Shown: positions 51,201-60,685, counted from the stretch's first letter. The stretch is DNA of 64,000 bases from Promethearchaeota archaeon (GCA_019058445.1 JAHPZA010000004.1:434136-498135); one strand, 5' to 3'. The notes: generated by a model not told the origin, from the sequence alone. Made by a program: numbers and translations.

Positions 51201-52846
51201 CGGAGGCGATGAATCCTATTGGTAATGGGTATTATACTGGTACAATTCCAGGTGACTCAACAACTAATCAGATTCAATATTACATATTAACTGAAGATCT
51301 TGCTGGAAATCAATTTATATTCGATAATAATGGAGATTATTATTCTTATGGTATGCCTAGCTTTGCTTGGGACAGTGAAGGACTGTTCAAAGAATCTAAA
51401 AGTTATTCTTCATCTCAAGATTACGAAATAACGATAGAAATTGAAAGTGATCTTGAATACGTTGATGAGGTTATCTTCCGTTATTCTTATGATGAAGGGG
51501 ATGAGTGGGAGGATTTAGAACTTGAGCAGAACAGTCCAGAATTTTCCGGTGAATTGGACGACATTCCTGGTGATCTTCGAGAGCTTCAATATAAAGTTAT
51601 AGTAATAGATATATATGGAAATGAACATGAATTAACCGATACTCGAGAAGTAGAGTTTTATCCAGAAGTTCCTAGTGTGACATTTGAGGAAAGAGATTTA
51701 ATAATTATATTAATAGCATCTGCCATTGTTGGATTTGTAGTTGCTATTGGATATATTAAACTTAAGAGTACTAGTCATGAGATGTTATATAAACAGATGT
51801 TCCTTAAAGATTATAAGAATAATTTAGAAAAAGCTGAAGAAGACATTAAAGAAAAATCAATTAAGAACATTATAGGACGATTTAAAAAGCAACCTGTAGA
51901 TTCTGATTTGATATCTTTTCAGGATAATAAAGCAACAACGCCTTTTACTAAAGTTTATTTCACATTTCTATGCGGGACAATTACAGTTTTTTTAATCGCA
52001 CTCTTGATATCAGTTATTGTACCTCAAGTCGGAATACTTCTACTTTCAGCAAGTCTGTTAATGGCAGTATTTGGTTACATGATACTTATGAGTCGGGATA
52101 TTTCTATTAACATTTATCTAGAACGAATTCATTTGAAAAACGTAGCACTTGAAATATTTCAAATATTTTTTATGTTTATTAATATTGTAGCAATCCTATT
52201 AGTCGGCTATACAATTGATTGGTTTAGATATTATCTTATTGAATCGACATTCGATGTTGGAGCTACATCAATTCCAAGGTTATACATTTCCACATTTGCT
52301 GTATTTTTTACCTCTTTAGTTCTAGTTGGTATTACAACTTATATTCAACTTAGAAAAACAGTTAAAAACCTTCAAAAGCAACGATCACAAGGGACCAGTC
52401 CAAATCTTTTATTATACTTAAAGGATCAAAATTCATCGCGTTTAATAACAAGATTAGGGTATAAGACAATAGTATTCTTAGTTACCGTTCTATTATCTGT
52501 TATAACTACTACTAATTTACTTACAGAAGAGACAGGTCGAGCATTGATAATCATTATTGTGCCTTTCATTATGGCAGGATTTATGACATTGTTAATACAT
52601 AGGTATTTTGAAATGAGATCTAAAAAAGAAAAGAAAGAAGATATGCGATTACCATTCAGCGATTCGAAAAAATTCTGTGGCAAATGTGGTGAGCAAATGT
52701 ATCTATCTAACAAATATTGTGGATCCTGTGGAGCTCAGCAAGTTTTTGAGGATGTACTTGGGACATATGTTTCAAGATGTATCGAATGTAATGCCCTTAT
52801 TAATGATAACTCGAAATATTGTACAGAATGCGGTAAAAAAATATAA
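48287..52846 (+). CDS. 1519-aa membrane protein: signal peptide, BNR/Asp-box propellers, Ig-like domains, 7 TM, C-terminal double zinc ribbon
   Basis: 7 SxD/NxGxxW/F boxes; FlgD-like WDG and FNG...EGNYTY; 7 hydrophobic helices; CGKC, CGSC, CIEC, CTEC. Confidence 0.8.
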   Translation: MSKSIFNKSILVILLVGISLTSALSNYSSKTETENQNSLERYNNISLETAQNFELLQDFEASTYFISPNSSEGRNDAVFFSFMANKRGNFTIQAQNHPNYIDDTELTESHISFDNPYGTNIWYIAYSEIDTLNLGRFNIRLLKSEDNGKTWSNSLISSIYADIENPLDYNTYVSGISIATNPKTGFLIVLTWINKTNLSYFRSFDNGTTWEGPEPIFNSTLMGTVNIFKGFLDHPRMDAAILENGSVIIVSEATDKNFFPFIFIESPNNGTEWNLPKNVTCVNNLRAKIPKIQVDYSSKKYWLMWKYDSNYLTGGNDTIQWAEFNETHNFYADVQYLNVSNLDLDYNFDFYYDHHNDKFRIIYCDYDYPITYIENWTCEDFSANFWVKTRLGSYTRQSSIISSNNYLHYVYSKENYLFFLEDYIGKTDIYQFKVIQDYIYWEVKGTFNENELIQIPWDGRKSDSILIEDSLVKIIFTENYTGTEKFLFITIDNEIPDFMALEQKRHYFNPLSTNITLSNIPWEILPSESCELFLEVLSNKTQISSWSQIVENNWDDNEPKIFISDTRIIYCLYESLEAGRSILYLIKSYDLGVTWSNPIKVYETTGGLYYYTGAAIGSVVLIYIYHTHYQRILYRSFDEGFTFRDEINIYDATLFPSSSSGEVDFLLTRNGTMFSTFKRHTYGSKHTEYYILKSNDLGNNWTFMELFNITKDYNPNLHPKLTYDFINDIVYLAMPLDNYDLLSSFAINFSFSTFNFNDNKWSVLESIPLATGTIFTQDTNFIVTRENKTATPIVRLIYLENIELPERIFHYKEIVSEDFGVSWDEPRNITLPNYSDIISNVDGIYYASTFSDGNDIEINFRRQGKLVYVSKAIISSSFSTEITFNGIDDFGDYIEEGNYTYYIHLNDFAGNSISNTSWFYADYTAPNITEYFTNINIPPIPRNDLIITVNITESTNCTAVLYYKKDGASWQTEAMNPIGNGYYTGTIPGDSTTNQIQYYILTEDLAGNQFIFDNNGDYYSYGMPSFAWDSEGLFKESKSYSSSQDYEITIEIESDLEYVDEVIFRYSYDEGDEWEDLELEQNSPEFSGELDDIPGDLRELQYKVIVIDIYGNEHELTDTREVEFYPEVPSVTFEERDLIIILIASAIVGFVVAIGYIKLKSTSHEMLYKQMFLKDYKNNLEKAEEDIKEKSIKNIIGRFKKQPVDSDLISFQDNKATTPFTKVYFTFLCGTITVFLIALLISVIVPQVGILLLSASLLMAVFGYMILMSRDISINIYLERIHLKNVALEIFQIFFMFINIVAILLVGYTIDWFRYYLIESTFDVGATSIPRLYISTFAVFFTSLVLVGITTYIQLRKTVKNLQKQRSQGTSPNLLLYLKDQNSSRLITRLGYKTIVFLVTVLLSVITTTNLLTEETGRALIIIIVPFIMAGFMTLLIHRYFEMRSKKEKKEDMRLPFSDSKKFCGKCGEQMYLSNKYCGSCGAQQVFEDVLGTYVSRCIECNALINDNSKYCTECGKKI

Positions 52847-52909
52847 ATTTTTTTTAATTAAATAATTTTAAAATAACTTTTTTTTTCCTTACTTTATACC
52901 ACTACTAAA

Positions 52910-53410
52910 TTAAGAATAATAAGAGTAGCTCTCTCTATCAAATCCGTGGATATATTCAATTACTATACCTTCAGGTCTTTGTTCAGGAGGTCTATATATA
53001 ATTTGTAAATTCGGAAAATATGCTCCAATTCCAGTTTTAGCTAAAATCATAGCAGGATGATCTGATTGTTTAAAAATTTCTTCACTTATTCTAAGAGTTA
53101 TCGCACGACATTGTTGTTCATCCCAGACTCCTAAAGAATGAATATATTCATGTAAGAGTATGTGATATGTATATGACCAGACTACTTCAAATGGTTGCGT
53201 TTCTAGAATCAGTTTTAATGGAGTTTTATTCATTACAATATCCGTTCCGGGAGGAAAATGCATTCCTCCTATAAATCCATGAGGTGTCATGCCCATTTCT
53301 GCAAGTCCTAAACTTAAACCAGCCCTATGCCTACCAGTAGTTTTTTTAACATCATTTTTCACTTTTTCAAATATTTCAGGCATTTGTTCCTTGAATTCTT
53401 GTAATTCCAT
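52910..53410 (-). CDS. Putative zinc metallopeptidase (HEXXH)
   Basis: HILLHEYIHSLG..DE. Confidence 0.75.
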   Translation of the reverse strand: MELQEFKEQMPEIFEKVKNDVKKTTGRHRAGLSLGLAEMGMTPHGFIGGMHFPPGTDIVMNKTPLKLILETQPFEVVWSYTYHILLHEYIHSLGVWDEQQCRAITLRISEEIFKQSDHPAMILAKTGIGAYFPNLQIIYRPPEQRPEGIVIEYIHGFDRESYSYYS

Positions 53411-53436
53411 AAAATCAACCTCTTTTTATTAGCCAA

Positions 53437-54261
53437 TTAGAAATCAAAAAACCAGAAATCCTTATCCTCCTTGAAGAAATCCATCATTTTAGATAGATCT
53501 TTCAATAAGGGCTCAATTGAGATCCTATTTTGAGCGCGTTCAATGGAATCCATATCTGAGTAGAACATATCATCTAATAAGTTATCGATGTCTATTCTTT
53601 TATAATATTTATTCGGATTGAAAAAAAGTGTATAAAAGATCTCTTCAATTAAATTTAGACTTTCTCTTATATTTTTTGCTTTAAATTGTCTTTTCTCAAT
53701 AGTTTCTCTTAATCTATTTCTGTATTTATCTTCTATTATGTTTTTTAATTCCGCTATAAAACACTGTTTATTTTGTAGTAAATCAGATCTTTCCAATTCT
53801 AGGTTCCTAATATTTCCCTCAATTTCTTTAATTCTTTCACCTAAAAATCTAATTTTTGCATCGGGTTGTTTAATTTTTTTATAATCAGGAGAACAGCCCG
53901 TATCCTTGAGCTGTATTATTTTACTGTCATCACTAATTTCAGAAACGTTATATTTCACACCGTAATAGTCTGGAGATATGTCGATGCTTAAAGATATATC
54001 GGTTTTTATCCGATAAGTTCCTCCCCTTTTATCATCCGTTTCAATTTTTTCAATGATTTCCTTTTCGCTTAAAAACACTAATTGGCTATGCACCGCTTGT
54101 CTTGATATACCCAATTCATTTGCTAATTCCGAAGTAGAATGGGGAACTTTAGCCAATTTTGCAAGAATTACTCTTCTGGTGGGATTTCCTAAAATTTCCA
54201 ACAAAGTATCTAAATTAATTGTTTTCTTACCTCTTTCATATTTTTCCACTTCTATTTTCAA
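53437..54261 (-). CDS. ArsR-type wHTH regulator with coiled coil (Phr/HSR1-like heat-shock regulator)
   Basis: ILGNPTRRVIL...SELANELGISRQAVHSQL; co-oriented with hsp20 and cdc48. Confidence 0.8.
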   Translation of the reverse strand: MKIEVEKYERGKKTINLDTLLEILGNPTRRVILAKLAKVPHSTSELANELGISRQAVHSQLVFLSEKEIIEKIETDDKRGGTYRIKTDISLSIDISPDYYGVKYNVSEISDDSKIIQLKDTGCSPDYKKIKQPDAKIRFLGERIKEIEGNIRNLELERSDLLQNKQCFIAELKNIIEDKYRNRLRETIEKRQFKAKNIRESLNLIEEIFYTLFFNPNKYYKRIDIDNLLDDMFYSDMDSIERAQNRISIEPLLKDLSKMMDFFKEDKDFWFFDF

Positions 54262-54293
54262 TCACTCCCTTTACTTAATAAAAATAAAAAAAA

Positions 54294-56525
54294 TTACCTA
54301 TAGAGTTCTTCAGAGGGTTCCTTCGAAGAAGTATCATAAGCTTTCTTTGCTCTATCCGCACCTTTCAGGATTTTTTGCACTGCCAAATCAAACTCATCTT
54401 TTGATATTTTAACTTTTTTCACTGATTCTGGATCGCTAGTATCAACATTATCATCTGCCAGAGTCTTTCGAATAGTCAAAAGAGTTGCTTCTTCACAGAT
54501 AGCTTGAATGTCTGCTCCTGTATAACCCTCCATATTCTCTGCCATTTTGCTAATATCTATATCATTAGCCAGAGGTTTGTTTTTAAGATGGATTTTATAA
54601 ATCTGTTCACGTGATTCTTGATCAGGCAAGGGAATTTCAACATGTCTCCCAAATCTTCCTGAACGCAACATTGCGGGATCAAGCATATCTGGTCTATTGG
54701 TAGCAGCAAGCAAGATTACATCTTTTAATCCTTCGAGACCATCCATTTCAGTGAGTAATTGTGAAACAACTTGCTCTGTCACCTGAGAGCTTGCAAATCT
54801 ACCTCTCATTCCCGCAATGGCATCTATTTCATCAAAGAAAATGATACAAGGTGCTGCAGATCTAGCCTTTCGAAATGTCTCTCTCACAGCTTTTTCGCTT
54901 TCTCCGACCCATTTAGATAAAAACTCTGGTCCTTTTACAGATATAAAATTCACCTCACTTTCATGAGCTAGTGCCTTAGCTATCAACGTCTTCCCACACC
55001 CAGGAGGACCATGGAGTAAAATACCATTTGGAGGTTTTGAATCCAAGTGTTTATAGAGTTCTGGGTACTTCAATGGCCATTCGATAATCTCTCTTAATTG
55101 TAGTCTAGCATCTTCTAATCCTCCAACATCTTCCCAAGTTTCTGTAGGTTGAGTTATTAATACCTCTCTTAGGGCAGATGGCTCAATACTATTTAAAGAG
55201 TGTTCAAAGTTTTCCATCTTTATTTGAATATTGCCTAAAATTTCAGCGGGAATTGGTTTATCTAAGTCAATTTTCGGTAAGATTTCTCTTATGGCAAGCA
55301 TTGCCGCCTCCTTAGCTAATGCTTCCACATCAGCTCCTACAAAACCATGTGTTTTTTCAGCCATTTTTTGTAAATCTACATCTGAATAGAGGGGCATTCC
55401 TCGTGTATGAATTAATAATATTTCATATCTGCCATCAGTATCAGGAACTCCAATTTCAATTTCTCTATCAAATCTTCCCGGTCTTCTTAATGCGGGATCA
55501 ATGTCATTCACTCTATTTGTGGCCCCAATAACTATGATTTCTCCCCGTCCTTCTAAGCCATCCATCAAAGAAAGTAATTGGGCAACCACTCTTCTTTCTA
55601 CTTCTCCAGTGACTTCCCCTCTTTTTGGGGCAATTGAATCTAATTCATCTATAAATATAATTGATGGTGCATTTTCTTTGGCTTCAATAAACACCTTACG
55701 GAGATTTTCTTCGCTTTGCCCATAAAATTTGCTCATAATTTCAGGACCGCTGATTGTTATAAAGTGGGCATCTGTTTCGTATGCTACTGCTCTTGCTAGC
55801 AATGTTTTTCCCGTACCAGGAGGTCCATGAAGTAACACTCCTTTAGGGGGATTAATCCCTATTCTTTGGAATAATTCGGGATGTCTAATTGGTAATTCAA
55901 TCATTTCACGTATTTTCTGAATTTCCTCTTCTAATCCTCCAATATCTTCGTAGGTTACTCTGGCTTTCTCAAGTTCAATGATTTCTTTATGGCTTTTTTC
56001 ACTCAATATGATCTTTGTATCCAAATGAATTCTCACGGCTTCCGCTTTGGGACTATACTCTACCACTACAAGATCAACTCTGCGACCCATGGCATAAAAG
56101 CTAAGGATATCTCCTTTCGTTATTACACGGTTTTCTAATTTTCTTGCTAATTGTTGAGAATTTTTAATGATTACCGTCTCTTCTAAACCAGCAAAGGTCA
56201 CTCTTGTAGCTAACGCAGCATCAATCTTGCGTATTTGTACTATATCATCTAGGGAAGTGTTTATATTCCTTCTTAAGGATGGATCCATACGGATTATATT
56301 AGTTCCCTTATCTTCTCTTCTGCCGGGATATAATAATGCGGCAGTTTTCCTCTTTGCTGAAGTTGAAGCATGAAAAATCTCTATCACATCTCCCGTTCTT
56401 AAATTCATTTCCGCCTCGACATCGGGGTCAATTCTGACAATGCCTCTTCCAGCATCTTCTTTAAATGCATCTTTTACTCTTAATTTATTCTCCTTACCTT
56501 CGTAGCCCCTTGTCACACCACTCAT
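54294..56525 (-). CDS. cdc48: CDC48/VCP-family AAA+ ATPase
   Basis: N-domain [10 protein letters not shown]; Walker A GPPGTGKT and GPPGCGKT, Walker B IFIDE/IFFDE, two SRH motifs; C-terminal LYR (HbYX). Confidence 0.97.
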   Translation of the reverse strand: MSGVTRGYEGKENKLRVKDAFKEDAGRGIVRIDPDVEAEMNLRTGDVIEIFHASTSAKRKTAALLYPGRREDKGTNIIRMDPSLRRNINTSLDDIVQIRKIDAALATRVTFAGLEETVIIKNSQQLARKLENRVITKGDILSFYAMGRRVDLVVVEYSPKAEAVRIHLDTKIILSEKSHKEIIELEKARVTYEDIGGLEEEIQKIREMIELPIRHPELFQRIGINPPKGVLLHGPPGTGKTLLARAVAYETDAHFITISGPEIMSKFYGQSEENLRKVFIEAKENAPSIIFIDELDSIAPKRGEVTGEVERRVVAQLLSLMDGLEGRGEIIVIGATNRVNDIDPALRRPGRFDREIEIGVPDTDGRYEILLIHTRGMPLYSDVDLQKMAEKTHGFVGADVEALAKEAAMLAIREILPKIDLDKPIPAEILGNIQIKMENFEHSLNSIEPSALREVLITQPTETWEDVGGLEDARLQLREIIEWPLKYPELYKHLDSKPPNGILLHGPPGCGKTLIAKALAHESEVNFISVKGPEFLSKWVGESEKAVRETFRKARSAAPCIIFFDEIDAIAGMRGRFASSQVTEQVVSQLLTEMDGLEGLKDVILLAATNRPDMLDPAMLRSGRFGRHVEIPLPDQESREQIYKIHLKNKPLANDIDISKMAENMEGYTGADIQAICEEATLLTIRKTLADDNVDTSDPESVKKVKISKDEFDLAVQKILKGADRAKKAYDTSSKEPSEELYR

Positions 56526-56595
56526 TTTTTTTCCTCACATTACATATATTATTTTTATTATAATAAATAATTAAATTGATTAATTGAAAATTTAC

Positions 56596-57213
56596 TTATG
56601 ACCTCCATATTTTCAAAGTAGCAATTCCATTGTTCACTTCTAAATCATATTTTTTTAAAGAGGTCTTAAATGGTAAGCGAACTTCTTTAAGATATTTTCG
56701 AATTTGACTTTGTGCTGTTATGTTAATCTTGTTTCCTTCTTGATTTAAATTTAATTTGATATCTTCCTTTTCTATTCCAGGAACTTCAAGTATAATTTGA
56801 GTATAATCAGTAAAATCGTTTATTTCAGTAATAGGTTCAGCGTTATCTGATTCTTCCTCTTGCTCGGTTGGTTTCAACGCTATTTTTGAAGCATCAATTA
56901 ATTCAATACGATTTGGATGCTTTAATATCTTGAATCTTGGATCTTTTCTAAAATTAATTCCTTTTAAATACTTATTGAGCTCTTTTTCATCTATGTCCCC
57001 TTCAATCTTTATTTCTGGCTTATCCATTCCTGTCTCAAAGTGATATGACACTTTATATCCTTTTGAATGCTTCTTTTTAGGATCTAGGTGCTTTCCCATT
57101 TCTGGAAAAATATAAAAATCCATATCAAATAATTTTGAATCAAAATTAAAAAATTTCTTAAATTGGTCGAAAATATCTTCATAATCATCATAATCGTCCG
57201 AAAATTTTACCAC
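56596..57213 (-). CDS. Hsp20/alpha-crystallin small heat-shock protein
   Basis: EPITEI...LEVPGIEKEDI...RKYLKEVRLP...NNGIATL. Confidence 0.85.
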   Translation of the reverse strand: MVKFSDDYDDYEDIFDQFKKFFNFDSKLFDMDFYIFPEMGKHLDPKKKHSKGYKVSYHFETGMDKPEIKIEGDIDEKELNKYLKGINFRKDPRFKILKHPNRIELIDASKIALKPTEQEEESDNAEPITEINDFTDYTQIILEVPGIEKEDIKLNLNQEGNKINITAQSQIRKYLKEVRLPFKTSLKKYDLEVNNGIATLKIWRS

Positions 57214-57222
57214 CGTTTTTTT

Positions 57223-57258
57223 ATTGTCATTTAAATATTGTCAAGAAAGTATTGACAA
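57223..57258. promoter_or_regulatory. Heat-shock operon operator candidate
   Basis: TTGTCAA-N7-TTGACAA perfect inverted repeat (57238-57258) plus a further TTGTCA half-site at 57224; half-sites 14 bp apart. Confidence 0.6.
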
Positions 57259-57351
57259 ATTCACAATAAAAATATGTGAATTCAATTATAAAAACTTATC
57301 GTTAATTAAAAAAAGCAAATTTAAGGATTTAATTTGAATAAATTTCTAAAT

Positions 57352-58410
57352 TTATAAACCTTTTTTTACTTCTTCAATAACTTCATGCGTTCGAAGTAGT
57401 AATTCATAGGCAACTTCTGGGATTTGCCAACCTTGTAAGCTACAATCAGGACCCACATATTTTAATCTATCATCATATAATTTTATTGCTTCTAGTAAAT
57501 TTTTTCTAATTCTCTCTTTGGAATCAATTAAGCTTAGCATACCCTCATATGTTTTAATCTCATCCCATGTTTTTCCTAGATCAATTTTTTCTCCAATAAT
57601 GTTATCAATGTTTGTTCTGGTTATGCCTACCCGAATAAATTTGTCGTGTTGCTCTAAATCTTTCCTTGGAATTTTATTAGTTGGATCGCTTGCATATTCG
57701 CAGGTTAATACTTGAATATTTTTTGCTTGCAAGGGCACGTATGCTTGCTTTAAGGAATGAAGGTGAATTTGGTTTATAGTATTAATCCCCTCAAGGGATT
57801 TATCAAATATTTTTATGAGATCATCATGGTTAACGTTAAACAAGTCTACATATCCAAAGGAGGGCTCATCAATAGAAATTACTGAGGTCTGAACATATTT
57901 GTTATTAACTATGGAATTTTTTAAAAAAGAATTGACAGATTTTGCTAAATTTAGAGCTAAATCAGGATAAATGGTAAAATTATGTTTTTTAATGTAAAGC
58001 TCTATTGGTCCCGTTATACAAATTTTTACTTGAATGATTTTTCCTTCTTTTTGAAAATGTTCTTTAGCAAATTCATTTATAACATACATTTCAGGGATAT
58101 ATGCTTTTTGAGGGTCAATTAAATCAGGTTCAGTTTCATAATCGGCTATAGGTTTCAAGAATTGGACGATCATATCCATAATTTGAGGATAATTAATAAT
58201 TTCTAGCCCTGATTTCAATTTAAATTCCATTGCTTGGCTAATCGGATTCATAAAATAATTCCTAATACCACTATGTTGCAAAAGATATTCTTTATTATCG
58301 CTTACAAGTGCTTTATATGACGTCCAGTAAAATTGCTCAAATTTTTCCTTTTCAATATTTTCCGACAAAGGAAATCCGCCAACATCATCATATAGGGGAA
58401 AATTATCCAT
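57352..58410 (-). CDS. Core (single-barrel) methionine synthase, MetE catalytic-domain family, MesC-like
   Basis: DDVGGFP, YPQ, ITGP, IDEPSFG, IHLH, GPDC; lacks the N-terminal folate-binding barrel. Confidence 0.75.
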   Translation of the reverse strand: MDNFPLYDDVGGFPLSENIEKEKFEQFYWTSYKALVSDNKEYLLQHSGIRNYFMNPISQAMEFKLKSGLEIINYPQIMDMIVQFLKPIADYETEPDLIDPQKAYIPEMYVINEFAKEHFQKEGKIIQVKICITGPIELYIKKHNFTIYPDLALNLAKSVNSFLKNSIVNNKYVQTSVISIDEPSFGYVDLFNVNHDDLIKIFDKSLEGINTINQIHLHSLKQAYVPLQAKNIQVLTCEYASDPTNKIPRKDLEQHDKFIRVGITRTNIDNIIGEKIDLGKTWDEIKTYEGMLSLIDSKERIRKNLLEAIKLYDDRLKYVGPDCSLQGWQIPEVAYELLLRTHEVIEEVKKGL

Positions 58411-58736
58411 CTTAAATTTGAAGATCTCTTATTATTTTAGTTTTATGAATACATTAAATAGTTTTTTCTAAAAAAAATAATTTTAGAAATATCGATAAAA
58501 CTTACTAATATAAACAATATTTTATTTATAAATAATTAAGAAGAGAAATATCCATCTATAACATAAAGTATCCATAAATATTATAAAAATGCTACTAATT
58601 CTGGACTTGAAAGAGATTAAGTTAATTAGAAGAAAACTCAATATTAATCAAAAAAAGATTTAGTTGAGATACTACCATATAAATCTCGAATTAGAATTCA
58701 AATCAAATACTTTTACTGAAATTTTCCGTAATTACT

Positions 58737-59591
58737 TTATAATTTAACTGTACTTGTTAGCAGTTCATTCATACCGCGTTTATGGAATTCTACTATTTTA
58801 GGTAAAATTGTCATCATAGCTATAGGTACATCAATGGGTAAGGGGATTCTAAAAAAACTCTTTTTATCATCAATAATCATTAATCCAAATATATTTTTTA
58901 AATTCGTTGCTATTTCTTTAAAGATTTGTAGGATATAAGGATCAGTTATATCCAATTGAGCAAATTTAGAAATATTATTTAATATATTACTAAAAATTTC
59001 AAAAGTAGGAGGTTTTAGTTGATAAATAGCGATCTTTGGCATTTTCTTTCTTAAAATACTCGATGAATAATCATCGGAAGATATTATTTTTATAGATAAA
59101 TCATTATTACGTTCATTAAGACGCCTAACAATTCGGTCATTGAAATAATTTAAAGACAAAAATATATCTAGTGATACCTTTGCATTATCAATTAAATAAT
59201 AAAGGTGTTCTAACAGATTTTCTTCCTTGGCTATACCAATAAATGGGATATCTTCAGACTCTTCAGTGCTGTGGATTTCATTGATTATTTTTATACTCTT
59301 TTGTCCTATTTCTTGTATTTCTTTTGTGTATTTTAGGATCTTTTCTTGTAGAATTTCACTCGATTTAATTTTATAGTATTTTTTAGCTTTACTCCCGATT
59401 GGGATAATATCAACAAATCCTTTTCTCTCAAGTTTAATCATTGTTTCATAAATTTTCGGTTGGGGAACATTGCTATATTTATGCAATTCACTTGCGTTAA
59501 GAATATGATACCGAACAAGTGTCTCGAATGTTTGAGCTTCATATTGAGTAAAATTTAACTCTTTTAGGAGGTTTTCTAATTCTTCGTTCAT
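58737..59591 (-). CDS. TrmB-family transcriptional regulator
   Basis: FTQYEAQTF...ASEL...VPQPKIYE...LERKG; C-terminal IIDDK domain. Confidence 0.88.
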   Translation of the reverse strand: MNEELENLLKELNFTQYEAQTFETLVRYHILNASELHKYSNVPQPKIYETMIKLERKGFVDIIPIGSKAKKYYKIKSSEILQEKILKYTKEIQEIGQKSIKIINEIHSTEESEDIPFIGIAKEENLLEHLYYLIDNAKVSLDIFLSLNYFNDRIVRRLNERNNDLSIKIISSDDYSSSILRKKMPKIAIYQLKPPTFEIFSNILNNISKFAQLDITDPYILQIFKEIATNLKNIFGLMIIDDKKSFFRIPLPIDVPIAMMTILPKIVEFHKRGMNELLTSTVKL

Positions 59592-59649
59592 TTTCCAATA
59601 TTTTTGCTATTTCAAAATTTTAAATTTTTAAAAAATTTTAAATAATTTT

Positions 59650-59683
59650 ACTCCTTTAGTAGTATAACTACTAAAGTAGTATA
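59650..59683. promoter_or_regulatory. Tandem/palindromic operator between divergent TrmB and ABC transporter
   Basis: 17-bp direct repeats ACTCCTTTAGTAGTATA / ACTACTAAAGTAGTATA; perfect inverted repeat CTTTAGTAGT-ATA-ACTACTAAAG (59654-59676). Confidence 0.65.
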
Positions 59684-59713
59684 TAAATTTTATTATAAAA
59701 ATTGTTGATTATT

Positions 59714-60685
59714 ATGTCAGGTCTTGCAATTGAAGCCATAGGAGTTAAAAAGGAATTTGGAGGGAAAAGTAAGAGTCCATTTACTAAGGCTCAAGTAGTT
59801 AAAGCCCTAAGAGGAGTTGATTTTCGAATAAAAGTTGGTGAAAATTATTGTTTACTTGGTCCTAATGGTGCTGGAAAAACCACATTTATACGGTGTATTC
59901 TTGGTCTCTTAAAAGCGGAAGGATCGGTAAGAGTATTGGATCATATAATGCCGGACGAACGAAACAAAATAATCTCTTCTATTGGATATATGCCTCAAGA
60001 ATTAAGTTTATATCCTGATTTATCAGTAAAAGAGACTATGCATTTCTTTGGTCGAATATTTGGTCTAAGAAATCAGGAACGGAAGGATTCTGTAAAAAAA
60101 TTGCTAAATTTTTTCTTATTGAAACAATGGAAGGATAGTAGAGTTGAGAACTTATCAGGTGGAATGAAAAGAAGGTTATCTTTGGCATGTACACTTGTTC
60201 ACAATCCGAAACTCTTAATATTAGATGAACCTACTATTGGTGTTGATCCTACATTACGATTAACTTTCTGGGACTACTTTAAAGAATTGAATGAACAAGG
60301 AATAACAATTATAACTACTACTCATGTGATGGATGAGGCTGAAAAGAGTAGGTTAATAGGTTTTATGAGAGAGGGTAAGTTAATTGCGGAGGGAACTTAT
60401 CAAGATCTTAGAACAAAAGTACCTGGAAAAAGAAAATTAGTAGTAGAGACGGATTTAGAAAGTTCAAAAAATTTAGCCGATATCATCCATACGAAATGCG
60501 CCTGCCAAACCCAATCAAAAGGTTTTAAACTTGAAGTTTTTTATGATGATGAATCAATTATCGATGAGATATTATCTCAAATTAGAGAACATACTAATAT
60601 ACACTCAATTCAAACAGTTTTACCCAATTTGGAAGATACTTTTATATATTTTTCTAAATCGAGCAAAGAGGTGCAAGAAAACTGA
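59714..60685 (+). CDS. ABC-2 type transporter ATP-binding protein
   Basis: GPNGAGKTT, LSGGMKRR, ILDEPT, TTH. Confidence 0.95.
   Translation: MSGLAIEAIGVKKEFGGKSKSPFTKAQVVKALRGVDFRIKVGENYCLLGPNGAGKTTFIRCILGLLKAEGSVRVLDHIMPDERNKIISSIGYMPQELSLYPDLSVKETMHFFGRIFGLRNQERKDSVKKLLNFFLLKQWKDSRVENLSGGMKRRLSLACTLVHNPKLLILDEPTIGVDPTLRLTFWDYFKELNEQGITIITTTHVMDEAEKSRLIGFMREGKLIAEGTYQDLRTKVPGKRKLVVETDLESSKNLADIIHTKCACQTQSKGFKLEVFYDDESIIDEILSQIREHTNIHSIQTVLPNLEDTFIYFSKSSKEVQEN

Noticed and set aside
58478-58500. Third LysR box upstream of the methionine synthase (TCGATAA)
   Set aside because: Only one half-site matches; expected by chance in AT-rich DNA
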